Origin: Tubiluchus corallicola
Taxonomy: Eukaryota; Animalia; Priapulida
Reading direction: 5' to 3'
Assembly: GCA_030141605.1 (NCBI GenBank)
Contig: JAQGDQ010000415.1
Span: 106,233-170,232 of the forward strand
DNA: 64,000 nucleotides
Made by a program: the position numbers and the translations under genes. The notes under the pieces are model-generated. The model ran no database searches. It worked only from the letters and a program-made list of their open reading frames with translations, and was not told the DNA's origin. This document shows, piece after piece, positions 1 to 11,934 of this stretch (position 1 is its first letter; the number at the start of each line of letters is the position of its first letter).

Positions 1-104
1 ATGAAAATTTAATTTTGCCTGAGTTGGCATCATTTTCCCTATACGAATTACATTCTTTACGTACATTCTTAGCTGCAATTAACCATCACATGTAATGATT
101 CTAA

Positions 105-806
105 GGCCCATTTCACATTTCGACAAGGAAAAATGACGTACGGAATGTTGTCAGAAAATCAAAACCTGTTTAGAAAATTTCCTATTTTTTCTCGACATGC
201 CAGCCAGCAAGAAAGTTTATTTCACGGTGAAACAGTTAGCTGCAGTTACTATACTGTATAACCATGTCTAAATTAAGTTATACTTGCTGTATTTCTCATA
301 TGCAAAGTACAATTAATAATGTTAGTCAATGCGATGTCAGACCTGTTTGTTTTTAGTAAAGTTCTACTAACAGCTTCAGTCTCAAAATATATTTATACAT
401 GTATAGAATAAATATATGCGCGCGTTATTTTTCTTTTTCACGAATATAGCCATCGATGTTGCATCAATAAAACCTAAAATCGTGAGTCTGTTAAAAGAGT
501 AAGATTTAAGCTGTTAAGATTAAATCTTAGAATTTTAAGCTGAAATGTGTTAACTGTTTTTCGTTAAATAAGAAAGAAGTAATTGAGTAGTTAAATTTAA
601 GAATGAATTCAACGAGGATTGCTCACGAAAATGGAATATGCAGCATTTCTACCATTCAGCAAAATTCCTCACAAGGAGGATGCATAGCTTCTAGCTGGCA
701 GCAGAATTTCTCACGAGGAGAACGCATAGCTTCTAGCTGGCAATAAAATTCCTCACGAGGAATTGCACGAGAAATTTTGCCGCGCATCCTCAGTGTGAAA
801 TGGGCC
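105..806. mobile_element. Non-autonomous TIR element (Harbinger-like termini)
   Basis: TIRs ggcccatttcaca / tgtgaaatgggcc, flanked by ctaa / ttaa; short internal repeats (ttcctcacgaggag). Confidence 0.7.
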
Positions 807-1565
807 TTAATTTCCGATGCCCATTTCAGTGACGAGTTAACTACAAATTAGTTATTTTCGGAATTGCTTGTACTACATCTGCATATCGTTCATCATGCTC
901 TTCATAGGGGTTATGCACTCTGTAGACGTAACACATACAAGTAATTTCCATTATTGTGTATATTTTAAATTCTACTTTTCTGTAAACCGTTTTTTCTATA
1001 TTTAGGAACAGTTTTTAGGAGCAAGAGTGTTATGGGCAAATTACCCAATTACTCATATAATTCGTTTTTTTATTTTTCCTGCATGAAGGAGCCAAAAACT
1101 AAAGGGGAACAGTGGGCAATTGCTGGCAGACTTGACTGGTTATTGCAGAGACTTACTTGTAAAGTGGATAATGCAATTTTTACGTGAGAAATTTAATATT
1201 ATACTTCAACCATAAACAGTGAGCTCTCTCTCTAGCCAAACGAAGTAAGTGATTTTTGTAAATCCAAGTTTATTAACTAGAAAGCAATTTTCTGTGTAAT
1301 TTTTTCGTTCAAATTTCTGTAGTTTTGTTCAAATTGCATTACTGCAAATTTTATGTATTCTTTTGTTTTTTATCCTTTAGAAAATAAAGACTGCAGTAAA
1401 CACCTTATGAAAGGAACTGTCGCGTTTTGCTGTGTTAACAAAGAGCTAAAGAACGATGGTGCACAGTGGTTGATGCCCATGTAATGGCAGTGACTACGGA
1501 ACTGCTTGAGCATTATTTCCTCTGGTGGTCAGCATAATTTAGCAAGAAAAATGTCAAACGCTTAC

Positions 1566-1633
1566 CATTCCGACTTCAGATACCGAACCTACGTGCAGAA
1601 CGTGCATGCTGATCGCTACCTTTACGGTTTTCC
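1566..1633 (-). CDS. Next exon (beta1-beta2) of the same GABA-A/RDL-like subunit
   Basis: tttttgtttcag|GG AAA ACC GTA ... GAA GTC GGA ATG|gtaag = (G)KTVKVAISMHVLHVGSVSEVGM; 68 bp, phase 1 to phase 0. This is the size and phase of exon 3 in GABA-A/RDL genes (RDL GPPVEVGVTMYVLSISSVSEVLM). It joins the 27370 exon in frame; the gene continues left of the window. Confidence 0.9.
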
Positions 1634-1674
1634 CTGAAACAAAAAAAAATTCTTGAAGCAAATCGCATGAGGGT

Positions 1675-2119
1675 GTGGCGCGTTCAGACGAGCGAGTTTT
1701 CTCTCTGACAGCAAACTCGCAAGTGTGAACTGCTTTGCGAATTACTATCGGCAAGTTATTGGAAACTCTCTGACAGTTGCTGCGAGTTGATTTCCTGCGA
1801 GTTACCGTCTAGTGTGAACGCCGCGACGAGTTACTCTCGACACTTCTCTACAGTGAATAGAAAAGTGAGTCCTCGCGCGTACTGTCGGAGAGTAACTCAC
1901 TGCAAGTTTTGCTCTCTAGTCTGAACGTACTTGCGAGTTGATTTACTGTCTAATGTGCACGCCTCAAAGAGTTACTCTCGGCACATCTCTACCGTGAATA
2001 GAGAAGCGAGTGTCAGCTCGCGCTTACTGTCGGAGAGTAACTCACTGCAAGTTTTGCTCTCTAGTCTGAACGTACTTGCGAGATACTTGCGAAGAAACTC
2101 GCTAATCTGAACGCCCCAC
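1675..2119. mobile_element. Harbinger-like MITE with internal duplication
   Basis: 25-bp imperfect TIRs gtggcgcgttcagacgagcgagttt / aaactcgctaatctgaacgccccac; internal ~110-bp duplication (~1828-1940 and ~1969-2080); related partial copy at ~14304-14470. Confidence 0.7.
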
Positions 2120-2199
2120 TTTATGAACGCAAAAATGTGTATAATGTATAGTTCAATGTTTAATGGTTTACATAGGTAGCCATTGCCAGGCAAGTGCCA

Positions 2200-2370
2200 T
2201 CAAAACATCATCATCATCAGCAGCCGCATCTTCATCCTTATCAACCTTATTATCATCATCATCATCGTCATCATCATCATCATCATCATCAACATCATCA
2301 TCATTACCATAATCATCGTTATTATCATCATTATTACTATCATCGTTGTCGTCATCGTCATCGTCATCAG
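2200..2370. repeat. (CAT)n microsatellite; other simple repeats at ~3005-3075, 22494-22755, 25436-25715, 28665-28745, 34846-34963 (ATT), 35969-36047, 62205-62430 (TA/TG), 63725-63835
   Basis: Direct reading. Confidence 0.9.
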
Positions 2371-3076
2371 CATATACGCATTATGTCAAAAGAATTCAGA
2401 ATTCTAAAATAAAAGAAATCTGTCTTCAAGACAATTAAACACAGCAGTAATCCAGTAAAAAACTAGACACTGTTATGCGAATGGGTTGTCAGCACCGCTT
2501 CCGGATCAAATCCATCGTGAACAAAGGCACATTCAATGGCGGAAACCTTAGATTATAGCTCATCGGGAACTCGTGTCACATAACATGCCACAGTTCGGTA
2601 ATATAACAGAAGAATGACATAAATAAATGAACACATGACATAAATATGGTCGGTCATAGATAACGAAAATCCCAATACTGTGAGAAAACAAGCGCCAATA
2701 CATAAAACGAAACATATTCGTTCCTCTGTGGTTCTGAGAAACGTTGAGTTGCTGTGATTAATGCGACAGGTAAAGAGTTGCATATTACCTTGTGTAACCA
2801 TTAGTAATTGTCCGGCGGCAAATAAAAGTCATATTAACGGGCAGGAGGCTGCTATGACGTAAATGCATCTTACAAAGATTAACGACTATGCAGATATAAG
2901 CAGGTTTGTTGCTGTCAAAGTCATAGGAAATAAGTGTGTTATGGAGGCGATTCTAAAATGATTATAAAGGTTATCATCACATCTCTCGAAATTGTGCCTT
3001 TACCATCTTCATTATCATCGTCGTCATCATCATCATCATCGTCATCGTCGTCATCATCTTCATTGTCATTGTCACC

Positions 3077-3550
3077 GATTAAATAATAATTACCTCGGAT
3101 AGTTAAATTTTGTTAAACTTTCAAAGTTATGCGCGGCTCAGTGAATCTACAAAGACTGGCAATGGCGCCGCTTTGTCAAATTCTTGGTGCCGACAAATAG
3201 GCACGGTACCGTGATAAGCATATCATGAACCGCATATCATGAATCATAAGTGTTCGTCTGTGACGTCAGTGTGACGGAGAGTTCATTTTCGTGACATCAC
3301 ATCAGCATCTCATAGCAATCTCCGTTTACGATAATGTGCCTGACGTGCAGGGAAGATGCCTACCATTGCACAAACTGCGGTTAGTTTGTGACGTAAGCGA
3401 TAGATGTGTTCGGTTACCGTTAATTAACTTTCCAAAGTAATTATTAAAATAAGAAAAACAATTGCCAACTCTTATAGATAAGAAAATGTATATTTTGGAT
3501 AATAATTTAAAATGAGATTGAGTCTAATCAATTATCCGGTTTTCCTTTAA
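3077..3550 (+). mobile_element. Kolobok-type MITE family K3, left-truncated
   Basis: Ends tccggttttcctttaa; homologous to copies at 11425, 12421, 51712. Confidence 0.75.
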
Positions 3551-3557
3551 AGTTGCC

Positions 3558-4170
3558 TTAAAGCAAAACCGGACCCAATCTTAAACTGTTGGTCAAACAC
3601 CTAGTGTTTAAAATATTGAAAGGAAACAAGCTATTTTTAAAGAATGCCTTACGTAAAACAATTATTACCACACAAACACAATTTCGCATTCGCGCCACTA
3701 GTTCTTCGCTGTTACATGCGTTTCGTATTCGCGAGTTGGACGGGCACTAGCGCTTGCATTTCAGAAAACGTTGCACAAAAACAGATGCTGTATCTCTCAG
3801 TTCAGATGTGTTAGTTTGTGTTGAATTGCACATGTTCGACAGCTCATGCGTGAGCACAGCGGCAAATTTTAAATTTGATTTTTTTAATTTAAAACTTTCC
3901 TAATTTTAGTACAACACACTGAATATCTTACAGTAGCACTGTACTTCAATTTTCGCTTTCGTGAACACATGCAACACGGTCGTGGAATGTTTTTGCTGTT
4001 AAAAATTATGTTAGTTTGTGATGTCATCAATAGTTGGGCTCGCCCGCCTTAATTAAGTTTTTAATCTATTATTTAATTATCAGAAACGCTTTTGCAGTAT
4101 TAATTATGCTAAAATGTATACTTTTTACCGGACTTGAAAATGGAGTAGTATGTAAAAAAATCATCTTGTC
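3558..4170 (+). mobile_element. Kolobok-type MITE family K2
   Basis: Starts ttaaagcaaaaccggacccaatc; homologous to copies at 26801, 33926, 45248, 49986, 55955. Confidence 0.75.
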
Positions 4171-4407
4171 ATATAGTGATTTCTCTCGCATCGCTCTGTT
4201 GCTGGAGCTTGTGAATTCACACAGAAGTCATTAAGTGCTTAATAATTTAACTCCTGATCATGAATATACATAATGAATATATGCTCATAGGTTAATGGTC
4301 GATCTGTCTGGATGCTCTGAAGAGGGACTGTAGATCATGGCTTACCTTTGAAGTTACCGGAGCGATTAATTGCGTAGAATAAGAGAAAGACTGTACTGGA
4401 AGGAGGA

Positions 4408-4527
4408 AACTACGGCCAAATCACGTTGAAAACACCGGTTCTCGTCTGATCAGCGAAGTTAAGCAACGTAGAACCTGGTTAGTACTTGGATGGGTGGCCG
4501 CCTAGGAATACCAGGTGCTGTAGGCTT
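4408..4527 (+). pseudogene. 5S rRNA-derived segment (SINE head, not a free 5S gene)
   Basis: ctacggccaaatcacgttgaaaacaccggttctcgtctgatcagcgaagttaagcaacgtagaacctggttagtacttggatgggtggccgcctaggaataccaggtgctgtaggctt closely follows the metazoan 5S consensus, with A box/C box recognisable and several substitutions. Confidence 0.88.
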
Positions 4528-4957
4528 GCGGGATGCCCACACTGTATCTCGACACTAGGCGAAGGAGCTGTACAAGCAGCCAACGGCTAGAGGGCGGAGG
4601 AGGTCAAGTGATCCAACGGCCATGTGTAGAGGAGTAAACCTTCCAAATCAGGAGTGGAGCCCCGAAGGCGGACCAGTGCAGCATGCTCACTGACTCCGGC
4701 AGCTCCTGCAGCCAACCTGGTGCCAAACGTATCGTTCCACTTTCCTTTGGACTACACCAGGGAGGAAGAGAGGGGGTTCCTGTTGTCTGGGCAACTCCGG
4801 ATCTCCATACACCTTGCCCAGGCATGCGCCCTGGAGACGTTCAAGGATCGCACTGCTAAGCCACAGTCGATGCTGCAGCTCCATCAATGTGATCAATAAC
4901 TGACTCTCTTGGCGTACACTCCATTGTCTTCCGAGACGGAACGATGCCAACCACAAC
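4408..4957 (+). mobile_element. 5S-rRNA-headed SINE (SINE3 type) with RTE-LINE-like body and tail
   Basis: Near full-length 5S sequence at 4408-4527 with no oligo-T terminator, followed by a GC-rich body. The body ends ...ctccattgtcttccgagacggaacgatgccaa plus cca/caa, which resembles RTE 3' ends from recall. The body recurs at 24901-25121. Confidence 0.8.
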
Positions 4958-5509
4958 TGCGAGGAGAGGAACGTCGAAATGAAACATGAGCGCGAGGAAG
5001 AAGAAAGGAGAAAGAAACAAAAAAGTGAAAGAAGAAGAAGAAGTAATCACGCTTCATACACATAAAAAATGTTGAGAGTGAGGAAGGTAACGGATTAATG
5101 AAAAGTAAGCGTATAGAATGAGTGTTTAGAACTACGCCAGTATGGCGGTTCCAGAGTAAAAGTGTTTATTCGTGTTTGCATCGATCCGCTATTGGAAACA
5201 TGTTTCATTGTATGTAATGCTACGCATTAATTTGCCTAAACTAGTTTTGGATTCATTCCAAATTAGCCGTGTATCACTTTCATATAGGCTTCCTGTTCAG
5301 AAGGTATGCATTGTTGTAATCTTGCCAAAGTTTTTCTAGCTAGCTAGCTTGAAATGACGTAACTTTGCGTCATGGCACTCCGCCTCCTCCTTATCGACGA
5401 TAATTCGTAGCTAATTCTCGGTACGTAGTCATTACATTTTTGGAATGTGTATGTAAATTGTTCATGTTCATTTTGACGTAGTCGTTAACTTAATGTAGTC
5501 AATGGCTCA

Positions 5510-6272
5510 TACGTAGCATTTAGCCCTATTTTTTCTCTGCCTAAAACGCAGAATTGAGCTCTATTTTTTCTCTGCCTAAAACGTAGCATGTAGCTCTATT
5601 TTTGTCTCTGTCTTAAACGTAGAATTTACCTCTATTTCTTCTCTGCCTAAAACGTAGCATTTAGCTCTATTTTTTCTCTGCCTAAAACGTAGCATTTAGC
5701 TCTATTTTTTCTCTGCCTAAACCGTAGCATTTAGCTCTATTTATTCTCTGCCTAAAACGTAGCATTTAGCTCTATTTTTTCTCTGCCTAAAACGTAGAAT
5801 TCAGCTCTATTTTTTCTCTGTCTTAAACGTAGCATTTAGCTCTATTTTTTCTCTGTCTTAAACGTAGCATTTAGCTCTATTTTTTCTCTGCCTAAAACGT
5901 AGAATTCAGCTCTATTTATTCTTTGCCTAAAACATAGGATTTCGCTGTATTTTTTCTCTGCCTAAAACGTAGGATTTAGCTCTATTTATTCTTTGCCTAA
6001 AACGTAGAATTCTGCTTTATTTTTTCTCTGCCTAAAACGTAGGATTTAGCTCTATTTATTCTTTGCCTAAAACGTAGAATTCTGCTTTATTTTTTCTCTG
6101 CCTAAAACGTAGCATTTAGCTCTATTTTTTCTCTGCCTAAAACGTAGCATTTAGCTCTATTTTTTCTCTGCCTTAAACGTAGCATTTAGCTGTACTTTTT
6201 CTCTGCCTAAAACGTAGCATTTAGCTCTATTTGTTCTGCGCTTAAAACGTACAATTTAGCTGTATTTATTCG
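5510..6272. repeat. 35-bp minisatellite, ~22 copies
   Basis: Unit aacgtagcatttagctctattttttctctgcctaa. Confidence 0.95.
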
Positions 6273-6956
6273 CATGGCCATTATCATGTAATCGTTCTTT
6301 TACATATAACCATTGTAAATATCACTTTTAAATGTTCGTGTAACGTTAATATAACTGTGCACATATTTTGAATTTATCGTTCTTGTTTTCTATAAACAAT
6401 TTCATTCTAATCTCATATTTACATCTCGCGAAACGTGGATGTGAACTTTCGCGAAAATACCAGGGTTTTCAGGCGCCCAGTGATTGGTTCCCCCCTTTTT
6501 TGTAAAGAGCTAAAAGATTAAACGTTCTAAAATGTTTACAAAAACAAGACTCTAATTCGCGTTCGCGACAATTTATTTCAGAGAAACACGTTCATGTAAC
6601 GGGCTTCGCAATCTTTAATTCCAATCGTATCAATTTTGAGTGGATCCAATCACTCAGCAGCCCAAAACTGCTCACGCAATATCCTTGAATTACAATAATC
6701 TGTACGTAGTCAGTCCTTTAACGTGTTTTATCCAGGAAACCAGATGAAAGAGCTCTTTGTTAAAGACACTCTCAGAAGCCTTGGAATCTTTTGACGATAA
6801 ATCAGGATCAACATTTAATGGCTTCGGCAGGTTTCATATCAGTTCTATACAAAGCAGTTGGAGAGGCGCTTTTCATCATTTTGCTATAAACTTGAATAGA
6901 TGAAATAAAACAACATGAGAATCAATGGCGAACCTATAACAATTCATCTTTCTTGC

Positions 6957-7807
6957 TGTTCCACACTGTTCCACATTCTGTACGCGGTAAATGTAACATT
7001 CCACATTCTGTACACGGTAAATATTATGTTCCACACCCTGTACATGGTAACTACAATGTTCCACACCCTGTACATGGTAAATATTATGTTCCACACCCTG
7101 TACCTGGTAAATATAGTGTTCCACACCCTGTACATGGTAAATACAATGTTTCACATCCTGTACATGGTAAATACAATGTTCCACACCCTGTACATGGTAA
7201 ATACAATGATCCACACCCTGTACATGGTAAATACAATGATCCACACCCTGTACATGGTAAATACAATGATCCACACCCTGTACATGGTAAATACAATGTT
7301 CCACACCCTGTACATGGTAAATACAATGTTCCACACCCTGTACATGGTAAATACAATGTTCCACACCCTGTCATGGTAACTACAATGTTCCACACCCGGT
7401 ACATGGTAAATACAATGTTCCACACCCTGTACATGGTAAATACAATGTTCCACACCCTGTCATGGTAACTACAATGTTCCACACCCGGTACATGGTAAAT
7501 ACAATGATCCACACCCTGTACATGGTAAATACAATGATCCACACCCTGTACATGGTAAATACAATGATCCACACCCTGTACATGGTAAATACAATGATCC
7601 ACACCCTGTACATGGTAAATACAATGTTCCACACCCTGTACATGGTAAATACAATGTTCCACACCCTGTACATGGTAAATACAATGTTCCACACCCTGTC
7701 ATGGTAACTACAATGTTCCACACCCGGTACATGGTAAATACAATGATCCACATCCTGTATATGGTAAATACAATGATCCACACCCTGTACATGGTAAGTA
7801 CAATGAT
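6957..7807. repeat. 30-bp minisatellite, ~28 copies
   Basis: Unit gttccacaccctgtacatggtaaatacaat, with a recurring 29-bp variant. Confidence 0.95.
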
Positions 7808-7911
7808 AGAACTAAAGAAAAAAAGACTTATTACATTGAATATTATGGATAATATTGGGTGAAAGTAGGGGGCGCTGCAGTTCCACAGTACCTATATACA
7901 AGCCGCCACCG
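7808..7911 (+). mobile_element. Right end of the same hAT family
   Basis: agaactaaagaaaaaaagacttatt...caagccgccaccg matches 53248-53350 and 54859-54961. Confidence 0.7.
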
Positions 7912-8902
7912 CATTCGATTATGTTGGATTATTAGACAAAATTTTCATCTGTAATGCAGAAAGAACAGATTGTCAAAGTGTAATGAGAATTCCTTCTCCA
8001 CAATATGTGACGTATGTGTGACGTCACACAGGTGTGTAAAGTCAGTTACACACTCAATTCGTGTTCTTCGTTGATACTTATACATGCGTTATACATACAT
8101 CAACAAACTTTATGTTTTCTTTATGTATATTAGCATCGTGGCCTGAATTAATTGCATCCCTATAAAAGTACGTACGGTGTTATGGCCATAATATCCGCTT
8201 GTAGAATGAAATGGCAAAAAATTTGGTTACAACACGACTGCATTGCATCTCTGGCTTGATCATAATGAGTGTAGTAGGTGCATGGGCCTTTTTTGGTTTT
8301 AATTTAGTTTTCAATTACTGCCACGGTGCTGCCACCTGTTTGTTATTTAGTAGACATTTAGCTTTTTACACTACTCACTCTTTTAAAATTGAAGCACCTA
8401 ATATCCTTCAGTACATTAGCATTTTGACGTTGCGTGAGCAATAGCTGTAGTAGTTGTATGACATTTTACCTGTCTTTTGGTTCTCTCCGCCATTGCTCTA
8501 TTTTTTTGTCTGTGATGAGTATTATGACTGCGAATTTCTTACGAATTTATTGTTGTGACATTGTTGTTCTTAAGGCTGCTTGGAGTTCTCATTCCTGTCT
8601 TTGTAACTGTTAAAGGCTCTAACAACGTAAGTTATTGTTAATTAATTTCAATATAGTTTACATAATTTTATATCAGTTCTTAGTTATAGCAATACATTTA
8701 ATCTATACATTACATTAGCAACTAATTTTCTTCTACTCAATGCAAATTAAACTAAATGTTAATAATTGTATTTCAGAATAAAGAAACTTTTGGTCAACAC
8801 GTTAAACTGGTGTTTTGTATCCATTTCAATGAGAGAATGACGAAGGACACAAAGCAAAATCGAGACCACCTTGTTATCATCAAACTTGAATGACAATCAT
8901 AC

Positions 8903-8976
8903 TAGGCGTCCACACGGTCCGTGAAAACTGACATACTCGACACTGACAGGGTGTTGAACGACTGCGTGGACGCCTA
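8903..8976. mobile_element. 74-bp miniature inverted-repeat element
   Basis: taggcgtccacac ... gcgtggacgccta. Confidence 0.45.
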
Positions 8977-9629
8977 TCAGCACGTAGCTGACAACTCGGC
9001 TATTCACCTCGCCAGTGAGGAAAACAAATCCCATTACGCATTACCTACGGCTGAGAATCTCTGCGAGCTTATTACGTATTCAGCTTAATGTTTTTCTACA
9101 GCGCCATTAAGACCTTGTTACAAACCAAATAATATAAAATGTGTTGTCTACAAAAACTGGTGAGCATTAGTTAGATAAAAAAAAGTTGAAACCGATAGAT
9201 GGCGTAACGTAGATAGAAGACACAGACTCTGTAATTGTGGAGTAATCCAAACTGAAAATCACATTTTGATGGACTGTCATTTAACAACTGAAACTAGAAG
9301 ATTCAACAATGTTGACTTTACATCCATAACGTCAATTATGAATAGCAATTTTGCATTTGACATTTGTTTAATTTTTTAAAAGGTTATGAATAAGAAAACA
9401 CACTAATTTTAGAAGTACCATAATGAAGTGTTACAATTCTATAAATTTCTGTAAACTTAGCTTTTACTGAATGATTCTTATTATTGTCTTACTTACTGAA
9501 ATTTTTTTTACGGTATGACAATTTGTTATTGTGATTTTTTTACCTTTGTGTAATGTTGCTGATTTCTGAAAAGTAGAAAATTTTGGACAATGAAACGTTT
9601 CAACTCCGCTAACCCTGCTAAAGATTGTA

Positions 9630-9709
9630 AATACTAATACCACCACCGCCGCCACCGCCGCCACCACTAGCTACTGCTACTGCTGCTGCTGCTACTACTA
9701 CTGCTACTG

Positions 9710-9759
<50 letters not shown>

Positions 9760-9799
9760 ACTGCTACTGCTACTGCTACTGCTACTGCTACTGCTACTG

Positions 9800-9896
<97 letters not shown>

Positions 9897-10052
9897 GACT
9901 ACTACCATGTTTATGCCTATGTGCATGTCCATGTCCATGTTTATGCCTATGTGCATGTCCATGTCCATGTTTATGCCTATGTGCATGTGCGTGTGCGTGT
10001 GCCTATGTGCATGTGCGTGTGCGTGTGCCTATGTGCATGTCCATGTCCATGT
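9630..10052. repeat. Compound (GCT/ACT)n microsatellite plus short 30-bp repeat
   Basis: Direct reading. Confidence 0.9.
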
Positions 10053-10229
10053 TTATATAATAACTCGTAAAGAAAACAGCTACAGATTGCTCGAACCGGC
10101 TGAAGATATAAAGTCCTACGGCCCAATAAAGCGACCTATTGGAACTCATTATGAAACTGCTAACACCTCATTTTGACAATAACCGCAAAAAGAAATAATC
10201 CCAATTTTAACGAAAAGCGGGAAAATGGT

Positions 10230-10824
10230 TTAAAGAAAGAACAAGTCACTCAGTATGTTGGGTTTATTTTACTGTTGTCACTTAAACTTAGAAAAATATT
10301 AGAAAACAAATTTGGAAAAAATTTCTATAAAGCATAGATCTAAAATATACTACCTCTGAACAGAAATTTTCTGTCGCGATGGTTGCCGTCATTCGTTTGA
10401 AATCATGACGTAACTTTGAGACTTCGCGACTTTTTGTAAGCGCATCATGACTTTCTGTAAGCGCACGCTGCTTAAACTAATTCAAATTTCTGCGGTTTAC
10501 CTAATTTTCTCGCAAAAATGTTACAAAATCTGTTATCTGAATTTTTGTAAAAACTTATTATACTTTTGATGAAGATTGACAGTGCGCTACTTTTCTTCAA
10601 GACGAATGACGTCATTGGAAGAAGAATGGACATTGAAAATGCGAGCGCTCAAACATGAAGTGATCGCGACTTTAATGCGATTTTATTAATTACACGAGGC
10701 GCTTGTTGCAGTTTTATTACTAAATATTTAGTTAATAATTAGTAAAGTTTAATTAATCCGTCTAACATTTTTCGAGAACATTGAAACAAGCCTAACCTCC
10801 CAGAAGGCTTGACCTTTCCTTTAA
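10230..10824 (+). mobile_element. Kolobok-type MITE family K1 (strand = relative orientation)
   Basis: TTAA-AG...CCT-TTAA termini; homologous to copies at 23031, 23835, 39366, 48047. Confidence 0.8.
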
Positions 10825-11424
10825 AACTTTTAAGACCATTTAGCTACTTACGTCGCTTAAATTAAAGACGACACAGACAGTACAAAGTCACAGAGAATTG
10901 ACGAACATTGATGAATTTCTTATGAAGAGAAGGGCTGTGACTTTGGGTTATTGACGTAGGAAAGTGTTGAAAATTAAATATTGATCGATACTTCGCCTTT
11001 GGTGAAGTAGTGAAATCGCTAAGGGTGGAAAAATTGCGTTACAAGTTGCACCTGTTCAATAATAGAGAAGCCTAAATGTATGGAAACTGAAACCTGTGGG
11101 GCATACGAAGCCACCCGGATTTCTGAAAGCTTTGTGCCACGGGGACAGTAAACAAATTTGTAACCTGGAGAACTTGGGTTTGGCAAAACTTCGTGTATTG
11201 AAGTTGAAAAACCTTGGTGTAGCAATGTAAGAAAACTGCTGATGCCATTCAAGTAATAGTGGTAGGAGCTTTGTTAATGTCAGATTTTAAGTGCACACAT
11301 TTTCCATCGCAACGTTTTCATATGATCTGTGATAAGTCTTAATACATTCAAGTCAATCAGTTTTATTTACATGTAGAACAACTCCCTGCAAAGAGAGCAA
11401 CAGCTTCCTGTATAAATCTGTTGT

Positions 11425-11934
11425 CTAAAGGAAGACGGGATGATTGTTTAGATCTCATTTTATTTATTGTCCAAGATATTCGAATAATTAGCTTAGAAAG
11501 TTAATTAACGGCAACCGAACACAGCTATTGCTTACGTGAGAAACTAACCACAGTTTGTGCAATGGTAGGCATCTTCTCTTGCACATCAAACACATTCGCA
11601 TAAGTGTTACAGTACCTTTTAGACGCATGATGTCACGAAAAATGGGCTTTACATCATATGACGTCAGAAACTAATACAGCAGTTCATGGTCATGGTTATC
11701 ACGGTACCGCCTTCTATTTGTCGGCCATGCGAATGTGACAAAAAGGCACCGCTGCCAATCTTAGTAGATTCACTGAGCCACGCGTAGCTTTGAACGTTTG
11801 TCAAAATTTGGGTATCCGAGGTAATTATTATTTAATCTAAGCTTTGACATAAAAAACCTTATTGTAGTTTTCAACATTTTAGAGCATTCTCTATTCTAAA
11901 GTAATGTTTATGCAGTCATCTGGTTTTCCTTTAA
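11425..11934 (-). mobile_element. Kolobok-type MITE K3, inverted
   Basis: ctaaaggaagacgg ... ctggttttcctttaa; reverse complement of the 12421 copy. Confidence 0.75.

Noticed and set aside
1005-1400. Plus-strand splice-like signals (gtaagt ~1246, tttag 1380)
   Set aside because: No coherent reading frame; such signals are common by chance in AT-rich DNA.
2485-2505. gtcagcacc as a REST/NRSE site
   Set aside because: The right half-site (GGACAG) is missing and the motif lies within a dispersed repeat.
4408-4527. Functional 5S rRNA gene
   Set aside because: Single copy, altered 5' end, helix-disrupting substitutions, no T-run terminator, and fused to a repeated body.
5510-6272. 35-bp repeat as a CRISPR array
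   Set aside because: Units are contiguous, with no spacers.
6876-7792. Overlapping repetitive ORFs on both strands; CRISPR-like periodicity
   Set aside because: Head-to-tail minisatellite with no unique spacers; eukaryotic context with no cas genes.
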